Shown: positions 9,536-16,692 of the stretch, piece after piece
How the letters are laid out: the number at the start of each line of letters is the position of its first letter
Numbering within the stretch: the first letter of the stretch is position 1
Assembly (NCBI GenBank): GCA_031441465.1
Contig: JANOEP010000019.1
Coordinates: forward strand, 1 to 20,125
Reading direction: 5' to 3'
DNA from: a bacterium
Lineage (GTDB): Bacteria; Krumholzibacteriota; Krumholzibacteriia; LZORAL124-64-63
DNA length: 20,125 nucleotides
Program-made: the position numbers and the translations under genes
Notes under the pieces: generated by a model
What the model saw: the letters and a program-made list of their open reading frames with translations, nothing else
The model's database searches: none
Told to the model about the DNA's origin: nothing

Positions 9536-9606
9536 GTCGTCTCCGGGATAGGGTCGCCGGTGCGGAGCAGCACCGCGACGCGGGCGACCGCCACGCGCTG
9601 GGAGGA

Positions 9607-9650
9607 AATCTAGTCGCGGTTCCGGCGCATTGTGTCACAAATACGTCACA
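9607..9650 (-). promoter_or_regulatory. Putative promoter/operator of the hem operon: -10-like TAGATT plus TGTGAC direct repeat
   Basis: The minus strand reads TGTGACgtattTGTGACacaatgcgccggaaccgcgacTAGATT. The repeats are 11 bp apart and lie in a short AT-richer patch upstream of hemE. Confidence 0.4.
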
Positions 9651-9684
9651 TTGGGGGTTTTAAAGGGTCTGGGGGGCGCCGTCC

Positions 9685-9722
9685 AAGAAACGGGCCCCGC
9701 ACCGTCCTGGTGCGGGGCCCGT
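9685..9722 (-). terminator. Rho-independent terminator downstream of the omcS-like gene
   Basis: Perfect 14-bp stem ACGGGCCCCGCACC (9690-9703) / GGTGCGGGGCCCGT (9709-9722) with a 5-nt loop, followed on the minus strand by TTTCTT; 45 bp after the stop at 9768. Confidence 0.85.
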
Positions 9723-9767
9723 CGGATTGTCGCAAATCACCCGGCCCGGGCCGGGCTGGTCAACGGA

Positions 9768-10889
9768 TCAGTGCACTTCGTAGTGCGCGTCGCCGAAGTC
9801 CTTCACATGGCACTTGTTGCACAGCGAACGCTGGTTGGTCACCAGGGTGTAGCCGTAGTCCTTGTTCGCCACGTCATCCGCCGAGGCGCCGGTATCGGTG
9901 ATCAGCGGGTGCGAGCTGATCAGGTGCGTGGACGTGAAGTCCCAGCGGCCGGCGTCCGCGAAGGGCGACGCGTGCGAGCGATGGCAGGTCAGGCACATGA
10001 CCTGGTCCTGGGGCAGGGGGCCCTGGGTGTAGTTCAGGGGGTTGACGGTCTCGAGGTCGACGTTGACGACTTCGAAGGGCACCAGGCCGCGGTACGAGGT
10101 GGCGGGGTCGCCGCCGGTGGTCTGGTCGGTGGTGATGTAGGCGTTGTAGGTCGCCGCCACCAGGCTGCCCATGTCCTCGCCGGTCGCGTGCACGAAGTCC
10201 GAGGTGTTGCCCGAGTGGAGGTCCGTGTGGCAGTTGGCGCACCACTCGCTCATGCCCGACTTGTAGACGGTGTGCGAGAGGTCGGTCTCGGGCACGCCCG
10301 AGGGGCTGTTGCCCAGCGTGCGGCGGCTGTTGCCGACGGCCAGCGGAGCGGGGCTGTCGAAGCCGTAGCGGGCGCCGCCGTAGATGGGGCCGGTGCCCTC
10401 GTCGCCGTACAGCAGGCGGTAGTTCTCGTTGCCGTGGGGATCGTGGCAGCTGGTGCAGGTCAGGTACTGGCTGTCGAAGTCGCCGCCGGGGGCCGCGGCC
10501 AGCATGGGATCCCGGACGATGCCGTAGGCCGGCGAAACGACGTTATGGCCGTGCGTGTAGCCCTGCCGGGAGCCGGCGCGGGGGAGGGTCCACGAGAAGG
10601 TCTTGGTGAGCCAGTAGAAGTCGCCACCGGCGCCCCAGCCGAAGCCGCCGGCGAACTGGCCGTAGGCCGCGTGGCACTTCAGGCAGGTGTCGCTGGCGTT
10701 GCCGTTGTTCAGCAGGTAGGCGTTGCCCGCGGGATGATTGACATCCACGGGGTTGCCGTTCTGGCTGTTGTGCATCGTGTGGCAGCCGGCGCAGTAGGCC
10801 ACGCCGCCGTCGTGGAACGCCAGGGCGGCGCCGCTGCTCAGGGCGAGAGCCAGGACGATGGTTGCGGTGATCAACAGTTTGTTCTTCAC
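9768..10889 (-). CDS. omcS: OmcS-family hexaheme outer-surface cytochrome c (candidate nanowire subunit)
   Basis: GTG start with GGAGG RBS; 24-aa Sec signal ending ALA; six CxxCH motifs (CAGCH, CLKCH, CTSCH, CANCH, CLTCH, CNKCH). The blocks FHDGGVAYCAGCHTMHNS, GGDFYWLTKTFSW, GHNVV, APGG, CHDPHG, YRLL, GMSEWCANCHTDLH, PFE, CHRSHAS and QRSLCNKCHVKD are colinear with Geobacter OmcS as I recall it. Confidence 0.9.
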   Translation of the reverse strand: MKNKLLITATIVLALALSSGAALAFHDGGVAYCAGCHTMHNSQNGNPVDVNHPAGNAYLLNNGNASDTCLKCHAAYGQFAGGFGWGAGGDFYWLTKTFSWTLPRAGSRQGYTHGHNVVSPAYGIVRDPMLAAAPGGDFDSQYLTCTSCHDPHGNENYRLLYGDEGTGPIYGGARYGFDSPAPLAVGNSRRTLGNSPSGVPETDLSHTVYKSGMSEWCANCHTDLHSGNTSDFVHATGEDMGSLVAATYNAYITTDQTTGGDPATSYRGLVPFEVVNVDLETVNPLNYTQGPLPQDQVMCLTCHRSHASPFADAGRWDFTSTHLISSHPLITDTGASADDVANKDYGYTLVTNQRSLCNKCHVKDFGDAHYEVH

Positions 10890-11067
10890 AGAATCGCCTC
10901 CGAGTTGTGCCGGCGGGCGAAGCCGCCGATGGGGTTTGACGCTGGCGACCGGGTCGCCGTGGCCGAGCGTGAGGCCGGCCGCTCTTCATCCGACGAGAAC
11001 CAGAACCACTGCCGAAAATCGAGACGTGCGAACAATCCTTGCGGCCCCGCGCGGGCGGAGCCTCCTG

Positions 11068-11991
11068 CTACTCTCCTGCTTCCGTGCCGAAGATCCCGAA
11101 CGTCTGGACGCGCCCTTCGTAGCCCTGGGCCACGAACACGCGCCCGGACGTCGCGGCGATGGCGAGGGGGTGGTAGAGCTGCCCCGGCGCACCGCCGAAC
11201 GAACCGAACTCTGACGAGAAGTTGTGGTCACGGTCGTAGACCAGGACCGTGTGCCGCATGCGGTCCAGGACCAGGACCTCGCCCGCGGGCCCGAAGGCGA
11301 TGCCGACCGGGAAGGCGAGGCGGCCCGGGCTGGTGCCGGGGCGGCCGAAGGAACCGGCGTCCGCACCGTCCGCCGTGCGGATCAGCACCAGGTGCAACTC
11401 GCCGCCGGGGATGTAGAGGCGGCCGTCGGGCGCTTCGGCGGGACGGCCGAGTTCCGACTGCTCGCTGACGCCCTCGAGGGCGCGGTGCCAGAGCACGCGG
11501 CCCGTCGCGGCGTCGTGCTTGGTGAGCGTGCCGGCGTATTTGTCGAGTGAGACGTAATTGCCGTCGGCGGTGACGATCAGGTGGTCCGGCTGCCACTGCG
11601 GCGCGGGCCGCTCGACGTCGAAGCGCACCGGCTCGCCGCGCAGGTCGAGCTTGCGCAGGGTGCGCGCGCCGTCGGCGTCACGGTCCGCGAAGACGAAGCC
11701 GCCGTCGAGCTCGAGGCTGCCGTCGACGGGGGTCGAGAGGGCGGCCGCGATGCTGCTGGTGAACAGGGTGATCCCGTTCCCGTCGACGACGTGGAATTTC
11801 ACGCCCCGCTCGTCGGTGACGCACACGTCGCCGGTCGCGGGATCGAGGCTCAGGGCGACGGGACGAACCTGGCCGGCCGCACCCATATCGATCTGCAGCG
11901 TGCTTTCATAGCGAAAAGCGATCGTTCCCTTTGCCGCGAGCGGGCAAACGGTCAGCAGGGCGGCGATGCAGATTGCGCGGCTGCTTGTCAC
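11068..11991 (-). CDS. Secreted NHL-repeat beta-propeller protein
   Basis: Repeats such as FGRPGTSPGRLAFPVGIAFGPAGEVLVLD and FGSFGGAPGQLYHPLAIAATSGRVFVAQ. A signal-peptide-like N-terminus follows GTG 11991; the alternative start is ATG 12066. Confidence 0.85.
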   Translation of the reverse strand: MTSSRAICIAALLTVCPLAAKGTIAFRYESTLQIDMGAAGQVRPVALSLDPATGDVCVTDERGVKFHVVDGNGITLFTSSIAAALSTPVDGSLELDGGFVFADRDADGARTLRKLDLRGEPVRFDVERPAPQWQPDHLIVTADGNYVSLDKYAGTLTKHDAATGRVLWHRALEGVSEQSELGRPAEAPDGRLYIPGGELHLVLIRTADGADAGSFGRPGTSPGRLAFPVGIAFGPAGEVLVLDRMRHTVLVYDRDHNFSSEFGSFGGAPGQLYHPLAIAATSGRVFVAQGYEGRVQTFGIFGTEAGE

Positions 11992-12092
11992 GGGGGTGTC
12001 ACCGAATCTGTTGGTGTATTCACAGCGAAGTTGTTTCGAAGTCACTCGCGACGCTGTTGTTGTCATTCATTGTGAGCTCTTGTCACGGAGAT

Positions 12093-12122
12093 ATCATAGC
12101 GCTTCTGTTACTATTCCGTCAA
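12093..12122 (-). promoter_or_regulatory. Sigma70-type promoter for the NHL-omcS unit
   Basis: Minus strand TTGACG (12122-12117), 18-bp spacer, TATGAT (12098-12093); each hexamer matches consensus at 5/6, with an AT-rich tract upstream. Confidence 0.6.
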
Positions 12123-12206
12123 ATGCATTTTGAAGTAAACGCTCTCATATTGCGAAAAATCTTTATTTTTGACAATAGTCGCCAATATCCACTATTTCGG
12201 TCGTGT

Positions 12207-12240
12207 AAAGCAGACCGGCCCCCTGATGGGAGCCGGCCTG
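12207..12240 (-). terminator. Probable terminator hairpin after the 42-heme cytochrome gene
   Basis: Minus strand CAGGCCGGCTCCC-ATCA-GGGGGCCGGTCTG-CTTT forms a 13-bp stem whose two mismatches are G-U pairs only on the minus strand. The U-tract is short. Confidence 0.6.
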
Positions 12241-12280
12241 TTAAAATACGCACTAGTTTGGCGAGATCAATTCACAGCCA

Positions 12281-15200
12281 TCAGCGCTTCTGGCGGATCT
12301 TTTCGGTATGGCATCCGATGCACAGCTTCCCGCCGGCGTCCTCCCGGAGCACCTTCTCGAACTCCGACCCATGGGGATCGTGGCAGCTCGCGCAGACAAT
12401 CTCGCCGCCACGGACCGGGTCGGTCGTCCCGGCGCCCAGCGGGTGGTCGGTGTGCTCCTGCCAGGAGTGGCAACGCAGGCACGGGTCGGGACCGGCGGGG
12501 ACCGCACCGGCCGCCGCCGGGCTGAGGTGGGGGTTGTGGCACATCGTGCACTGACGGCCCTCGGGATCGGGGTGACGGTGGCTGGAGGACTTCATCCGCG
12601 CCGCCTGCTCGGCGTGACAGCGGCCGCAGACGGCGGCTTGGCTGCGCGGCAGCAGATCGGGCACCGGAGAGGCGTGGGGCGTGTGGCACTCCAGGCAAGC
12701 CCGCTCTCCCGAGAGGGGCGCGTGGAGGGTCGCACCCTTGAGTTCCTCGGCCAGGCCGGGATGGCAGGACAGGCAGAGGCGTTGCTCCGCACCCGCCTGC
12801 ACCTTGCCGCTCGCGTCGTGGCAGGCCTTGCAGTCCCGCTTGGCGTACGGCGGATGGACGTGGCCGTGTGTCAGGCCCGCCTGCGTGGAGGCGTGCGGGT
12901 CGTGGCAGGCCATGCAATCGGCCGACTCGAGGTCGAAGCCCAGGTGCGGCCGGGTCAGCGCCGAACTCTTCAGGTCGTGGCAGGTTGCGCAGAGGGCGGG
13001 CACCTCCCTGGTCAGGAGGTTCGCCTGAGTCGTGCCGTGCGCGTCGTGGCAGGTGGCGCAACTCCCGTCGGCGAACGGCATGTGTTGCCGGGGAAGCGAC
13101 CGCGCCTCCTGCAGGTCCTGGTGGCAGGCCCAACAAGATTTCGCCCGTTCGGTGCGCAGCAGCGCGGGCTGGTCCGACCCGTGCGGGTCGTGGCACGCGG
13201 AGCATTCGCCGTCGCGAGCCGGCCGGTGGGCCAGATCCGCCCGCGGGAACAGGTCGCTGCTCTCGTGGCACGCGGCGCAGGCGGCGCCGACGCCGCCGGC
13301 TTTCAGCAGGTGATCGCCGCGGGCTGCGTGGGCGTCGTGGCAGGCGCTGCAGTCGCCGGCGTCGAAGGGGGCGTGAGGGTGCCGGCGCGCTTCCGTGAGC
13401 CCGTCGTGGCAGCCGGCGCACAGCGCCTTCTGGTCGGCGATGGGTGCGGGGCCATCGTGGCAGGACGCGCAGTCGCGGTCGTCGAAGGGCGGGTGCGAAT
13501 TCGGCCGGATCAGCGCTGTCTGTGTGGAGTGGTGCGGCGCGTGGCAGCCCGTGCAGTCCAGCCCGGCGAGTTCACGCCCGAGGTGGGCGCTCTTCAGGGC
13601 GACGTCGCTCTCGTCGTGGCAACGGAAGCAGAGTTCGGCGGCCGGCGCCGTCAGCAACGCCGGCTGTGCGCCGCCGTGGGGCAGATGGCATGTCGTGCAG
13701 TCGTCCATGATCGGCGGATGGACCGACTTCGCCGCCGCGACGTCGACGACGTCCTCGTGGCAGACGGTGCAGAGCAGCGGCTCCGGCGCGGCCAGCAGAT
13801 CGGCACGGTCCGCGCGGTGGGCGTCGTGGCACGCGGTGCAGTTGCCGGCGGCGACCGGCGCGTGCGCGTGGCCGACGGCGCCCTGGCCTGTGTCGTGGCA
13901 GTCCAGGCAGATCGCCGTCGCCGGTCGTCGCAGCATGGCGGCCTCGTCGCCGCCGTGGGGCCGATGGCAATCCCCGCAGAGGCCGTCTGCGACGGGCGGG
14001 TGCAGGCTGCCCCCCTCGGGTTTGACCGCCTGATCGGCGTGGCAAGCCAGGCAGGTTGCCGCGGGCGAGGCCTTCAGCAGGGAAGGCTGGTCGGCGCGGT
14101 GCGGCGTGTGGCAGGCGAGGCAGTCGCCGCGCGCGGCCACATCGTGGGGGTGGGAGGTGACGAGTTCGACCTTGACCTTGAGGTGGCATCCGAGGCAGAG
14201 GGTCCCCGCCTTGGCGGTCAACAGTCCCGGCTCGGTCGAGCTGTGCGGGTCATGGCAGGCGGAGCAGTCCCGCTTGACGAAGGGCGCGTGGTCCGAGACG
14301 GCGGCGACGGACACGTCGCCGACTTCCTGGTGGCAACCCAGGCACAGCTCGCCGGGAGGCGCGGTCAGCAACGCGGCCCGCGCGCCGCCGTGGGCGTCGT
14401 GGCAGGCGTTGCATTCGCCGCCGGCGACCGGCGCATGCACCAGGTTCTTGCGGAACGGTGCGTCGTCGTGGCATTCGAAGCAGAGCCGGCGCAGCTCGGT
14501 CTTGATCATCCCGGCGTGTGAGCTGCCGTGGGCGGCGTGGCAGTCCAGGCAGGAGCCGTCGGCGACGGGTGCGTGAGGCGTCGCGGCGCCGACGCCGGGC
14601 TGGTCGTGGCAGGACAGGCACAGGTCGTTGCCCTGGGCGACCAGCGCGGTGACGCCCCCGGCGTCCTGCACGTGGCAGGCGGCGCAGTCGCGGTCCTTGA
14701 CGGGCGCGTGCTGCACGGCCAACAGGAGCTTCGGCGCGTCGGCGCTGTGGGGATCGTGGCAGGACGTGCAGCCGGTGATCGCGGCCGCGTCGCCGTGCGC
14801 CTGTGCGAGCTTGCGGGCGTCGCGGTGGCAGGACAGGCAGAGCGCGTCGACCGTCGTGTCGAGCAGGTGCGCTTCGGCGCTGCCGTGGGGCCGGTGGCAG
14901 GCGGCGCACCCCTCCTTCTTCAACGGGGCGTGGACGAACGCACGCGTGAAGGCGGCGCCGTCGTGGCAGGTCAGGCAGGCCGCGCCGCCCTTCGCCGGCA
15001 ACAGGCCGGGCTGGCCGCTGCCGTGGGGGTCGTGGCAGGCGATGCAGCCGCCGTCGCGCACCGGCGCGTGGACGTGCGCCAGCTCGGATTCGGCGATCTG
15101 GGGCGCGTGGCAGCCCGCGCACAGCTCGATGCCCGACTCCTTCAGGGCCAGCCGCCCCACGACGCCGTGGGGCTCGTGGCAGGCTTCGCACTCCGCCTTG

Positions 15201-15382
15201 GCGAAGGGGGCGTGCGCGTGGGGGGCGCCGACGGCCTTCTTCTGGTCGGCGTGGCAGTCCAGGCAGGTCTTGGTGCGGAAGGGTCCCGCCGCCAGGGCGG
15301 CCCCGGGGAACAGGATCGCCGTCAGCAGGGACGCCAGCAGCAGGACCGGAACGAGTCCGGCGGACACAGCACGCTTACTCAT
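12281..15382 (-). CDS. Giant multiheme cytochrome c, 42 CxxCH motifs (paired-CXXCH repeat family)
   Basis: 1033 aa with a Sec signal ending ALA. Hand count gives 42 CxxCH motifs in a repeating H-x-P...CxxCHxxH...LL...CxxCH unit. No lipobox or C-terminal membrane anchor. Start overlaps the upstream stop, with GGAG RBS. Confidence 0.95.
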   Translation of the reverse strand: MSKRAVSAGLVPVLLLASLLTAILFPGAALAAGPFRTKTCLDCHADQKKAVGAPHAHAPFAKAECEACHEPHGVVGRLALKESGIELCAGCHAPQIAESELAHVHAPVRDGGCIACHDPHGSGQPGLLPAKGGAACLTCHDGAAFTRAFVHAPLKKEGCAACHRPHGSAEAHLLDTTVDALCLSCHRDARKLAQAHGDAAAITGCTSCHDPHSADAPKLLLAVQHAPVKDRDCAACHVQDAGGVTALVAQGNDLCLSCHDQPGVGAATPHAPVADGSCLDCHAAHGSSHAGMIKTELRRLCFECHDDAPFRKNLVHAPVAGGECNACHDAHGGARAALLTAPPGELCLGCHQEVGDVSVAAVSDHAPFVKRDCSACHDPHSSTEPGLLTAKAGTLCLGCHLKVKVELVTSHPHDVAARGDCLACHTPHRADQPSLLKASPAATCLACHADQAVKPEGGSLHPPVADGLCGDCHRPHGGDEAAMLRRPATAICLDCHDTGQGAVGHAHAPVAAGNCTACHDAHRADRADLLAAPEPLLCTVCHEDVVDVAAAKSVHPPIMDDCTTCHLPHGGAQPALLTAPAAELCFRCHDESDVALKSAHLGRELAGLDCTGCHAPHHSTQTALIRPNSHPPFDDRDCASCHDGPAPIADQKALCAGCHDGLTEARRHPHAPFDAGDCSACHDAHAARGDHLLKAGGVGAACAACHESSDLFPRADLAHRPARDGECSACHDPHGSDQPALLRTERAKSCWACHQDLQEARSLPRQHMPFADGSCATCHDAHGTTQANLLTREVPALCATCHDLKSSALTRPHLGFDLESADCMACHDPHASTQAGLTHGHVHPPYAKRDCKACHDASGKVQAGAEQRLCLSCHPGLAEELKGATLHAPLSGERACLECHTPHASPVPDLLPRSQAAVCGRCHAEQAARMKSSSHRHPDPEGRQCTMCHNPHLSPAAAGAVPAGPDPCLRCHSWQEHTDHPLGAGTTDPVRGGEIVCASCHDPHGSEFEKVLREDAGGKLCIGCHTEKIRQKR

Positions 15383-16691
15383 GGCTCTCCTTCGCGGTCT
15401 GCTGCGCCAGCCGTTCGCGGATGACGGCTTCGGCGCCGGGGACGATCCTGACGGTCGTGGCGGCCTCGAGGCGGGCGATCGCGTTGGCGATGTTCTCCCG
15501 CGTGCGTTGGGCCCTCATCCGCAGCAGCAGGTCTTCGCGGCAGTCCGCGAGCGGCCGCGGCGTGGGTTGCTCGACCTCGGTCACGACGGCGACCACCCAG
15601 CCGCCGGGCACTTCGTAGGGATCCAGGATCTGGCCGGCCCGGGCCTCGCCCGGCTTCAGGCCGAGCATCTCCGGCTGGAGCCAGGTCGTGGGCAGGGCGG
15701 CGGCGTCCTGGCGGACCTCGGCCGTGCGCTTAGCCAGCCAGGTCATCTCGGCGCCCTGGTCCAGGCGCTTCTTAAAGGTGTCCGCGGCTTCCTTTTTCTC
15801 AAGCAGCACGCTCTGCACTTTCAGGCGGGTCGGCGGCGTCAGGTGCGACAGGTTCGCTTTGTAGAACGCGGCGATCTCGGCCTCGGTCGGCGTGAAGCGG
15901 AATCTGCCCAGGGAGTTGACCATCTCCTCGAGCACGAGGTCCCGTTCCTGCTGGGCCGCGAGGCGTTTGACCGCGCTCCGCTTGGGGTAGCCGAGCCGCC
16001 CGGACTCGTAGCCGAGCAGGGCCTCGCTGAACCACTTCTGGAAAAACTCGTCGCGGATCTGCGGGGCGTCGGGTTTGTTGGCGAGCCCGTGGAAGTGCTC
16101 GAAGCGCATGTTGCTGGTGAGCGCGCTGACGCGCAGGGCGCCCGACGGCAGTTTCGCGAGCACCGCGTCGCTCTCCTTCAGCTGCTTCTTCACCGCGGGG
16201 TCGGTCGACGCGTAGTCGAGGGAGGCGAGCAGCGTCTCGTCCACCCGGATGCCGTATTTCGACTTCAGGTCTTCGAGGTAGGCGGCGATGGCCTCTTCGC
16301 GGGCCTGCGCCGGGTCGGCGATGACCAGCGGCGCGGTGCCGGCGATCGAGTCCAGCAGGGCGATGATGCTGCGCGAGCGGATGGTCTCGCGCACCTGGGC
16401 CGCGATCATGTCCTTGCGGTGAAGGCCCGTGCGGTACCCCTCCTGGATGATCAACTCGTTCTGGACCAGGCGCCGCAGCACGGCCGCGGGCTCGGGCATC
16501 TGCTGCTCCTGGCTCTTGTTCATCTGCAGCGTGACGAAGAGTTCCATGTCGAGGTCGGCGACGGAGATCGTGTCGCGACCCACGAACGCGAGGGGGGTGT
16601 TCTCTGACGGGACCGCGGCCACGGTCGCGCTCGCGACCAGGAGCGCGACGACGGTGAGCGCGAGGCGGGCGTGGGAACGGGCGAATTTCAT
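15375..16691 (-). CDS. SurA/PrsA-like periplasmic chaperone with parvulin (PpiC)-type domain
   Basis: Signal peptide; LAFVGRDTISVADL and VLRRLVQNELIIQEG (SurA-N-like); PTEAEIAAFYKAN; VQSVLLEKKEAA...RLDQGAEMTWLAK; LKPGE...PYEVPGGWVV. Confidence 0.8.
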   Translation of the reverse strand: MKFARSHARLALTVVALLVASATVAAVPSENTPLAFVGRDTISVADLDMELFVTLQMNKSQEQQMPEPAAVLRRLVQNELIIQEGYRTGLHRKDMIAAQVRETIRSRSIIALLDSIAGTAPLVIADPAQAREEAIAAYLEDLKSKYGIRVDETLLASLDYASTDPAVKKQLKESDAVLAKLPSGALRVSALTSNMRFEHFHGLANKPDAPQIRDEFFQKWFSEALLGYESGRLGYPKRSAVKRLAAQQERDLVLEEMVNSLGRFRFTPTEAEIAAFYKANLSHLTPPTRLKVQSVLLEKKEAADTFKKRLDQGAEMTWLAKRTAEVRQDAAALPTTWLQPEMLGLKPGEARAGQILDPYEVPGGWVVAVVTEVEQPTPRPLADCREDLLLRMRAQRTRENIANAIARLEAATTVRIVPGAEAVIRERLAQQTAKESHE

Positions 16692-16692
16692 G

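Noticed and set aside
10890..11067. c-di-GMP/cGAMP (GEMM-I) riboswitch upstream of omcS
   Set aside because: Only a GTCAAACC fragment resembles the consensus; the GAAA tetraloop, GCAAA junction and receptor were not found by eye.
12071..12087. CRP-like site TGTGA-N7-TCACG
   Set aside because: The spacer is 7 rather than 6 bp and the second half-site is imperfect; not supportable as a CRP box.
12257..12270. FNR-like site (TTTGG-N4-ATCAA)
   Set aside because: Only one half-site matches, and it lies upstream of the terminator hairpin, far from the predicted promoter.
12281..15382. Regularly recurring GTGGCAG-like DNA repeats resembling a CRISPR or tandem array
   Set aside because: They are the reverse complement of Cys-His codons in CxxCH motifs, too short and variable for CRISPR repeats; no cas genes are present.
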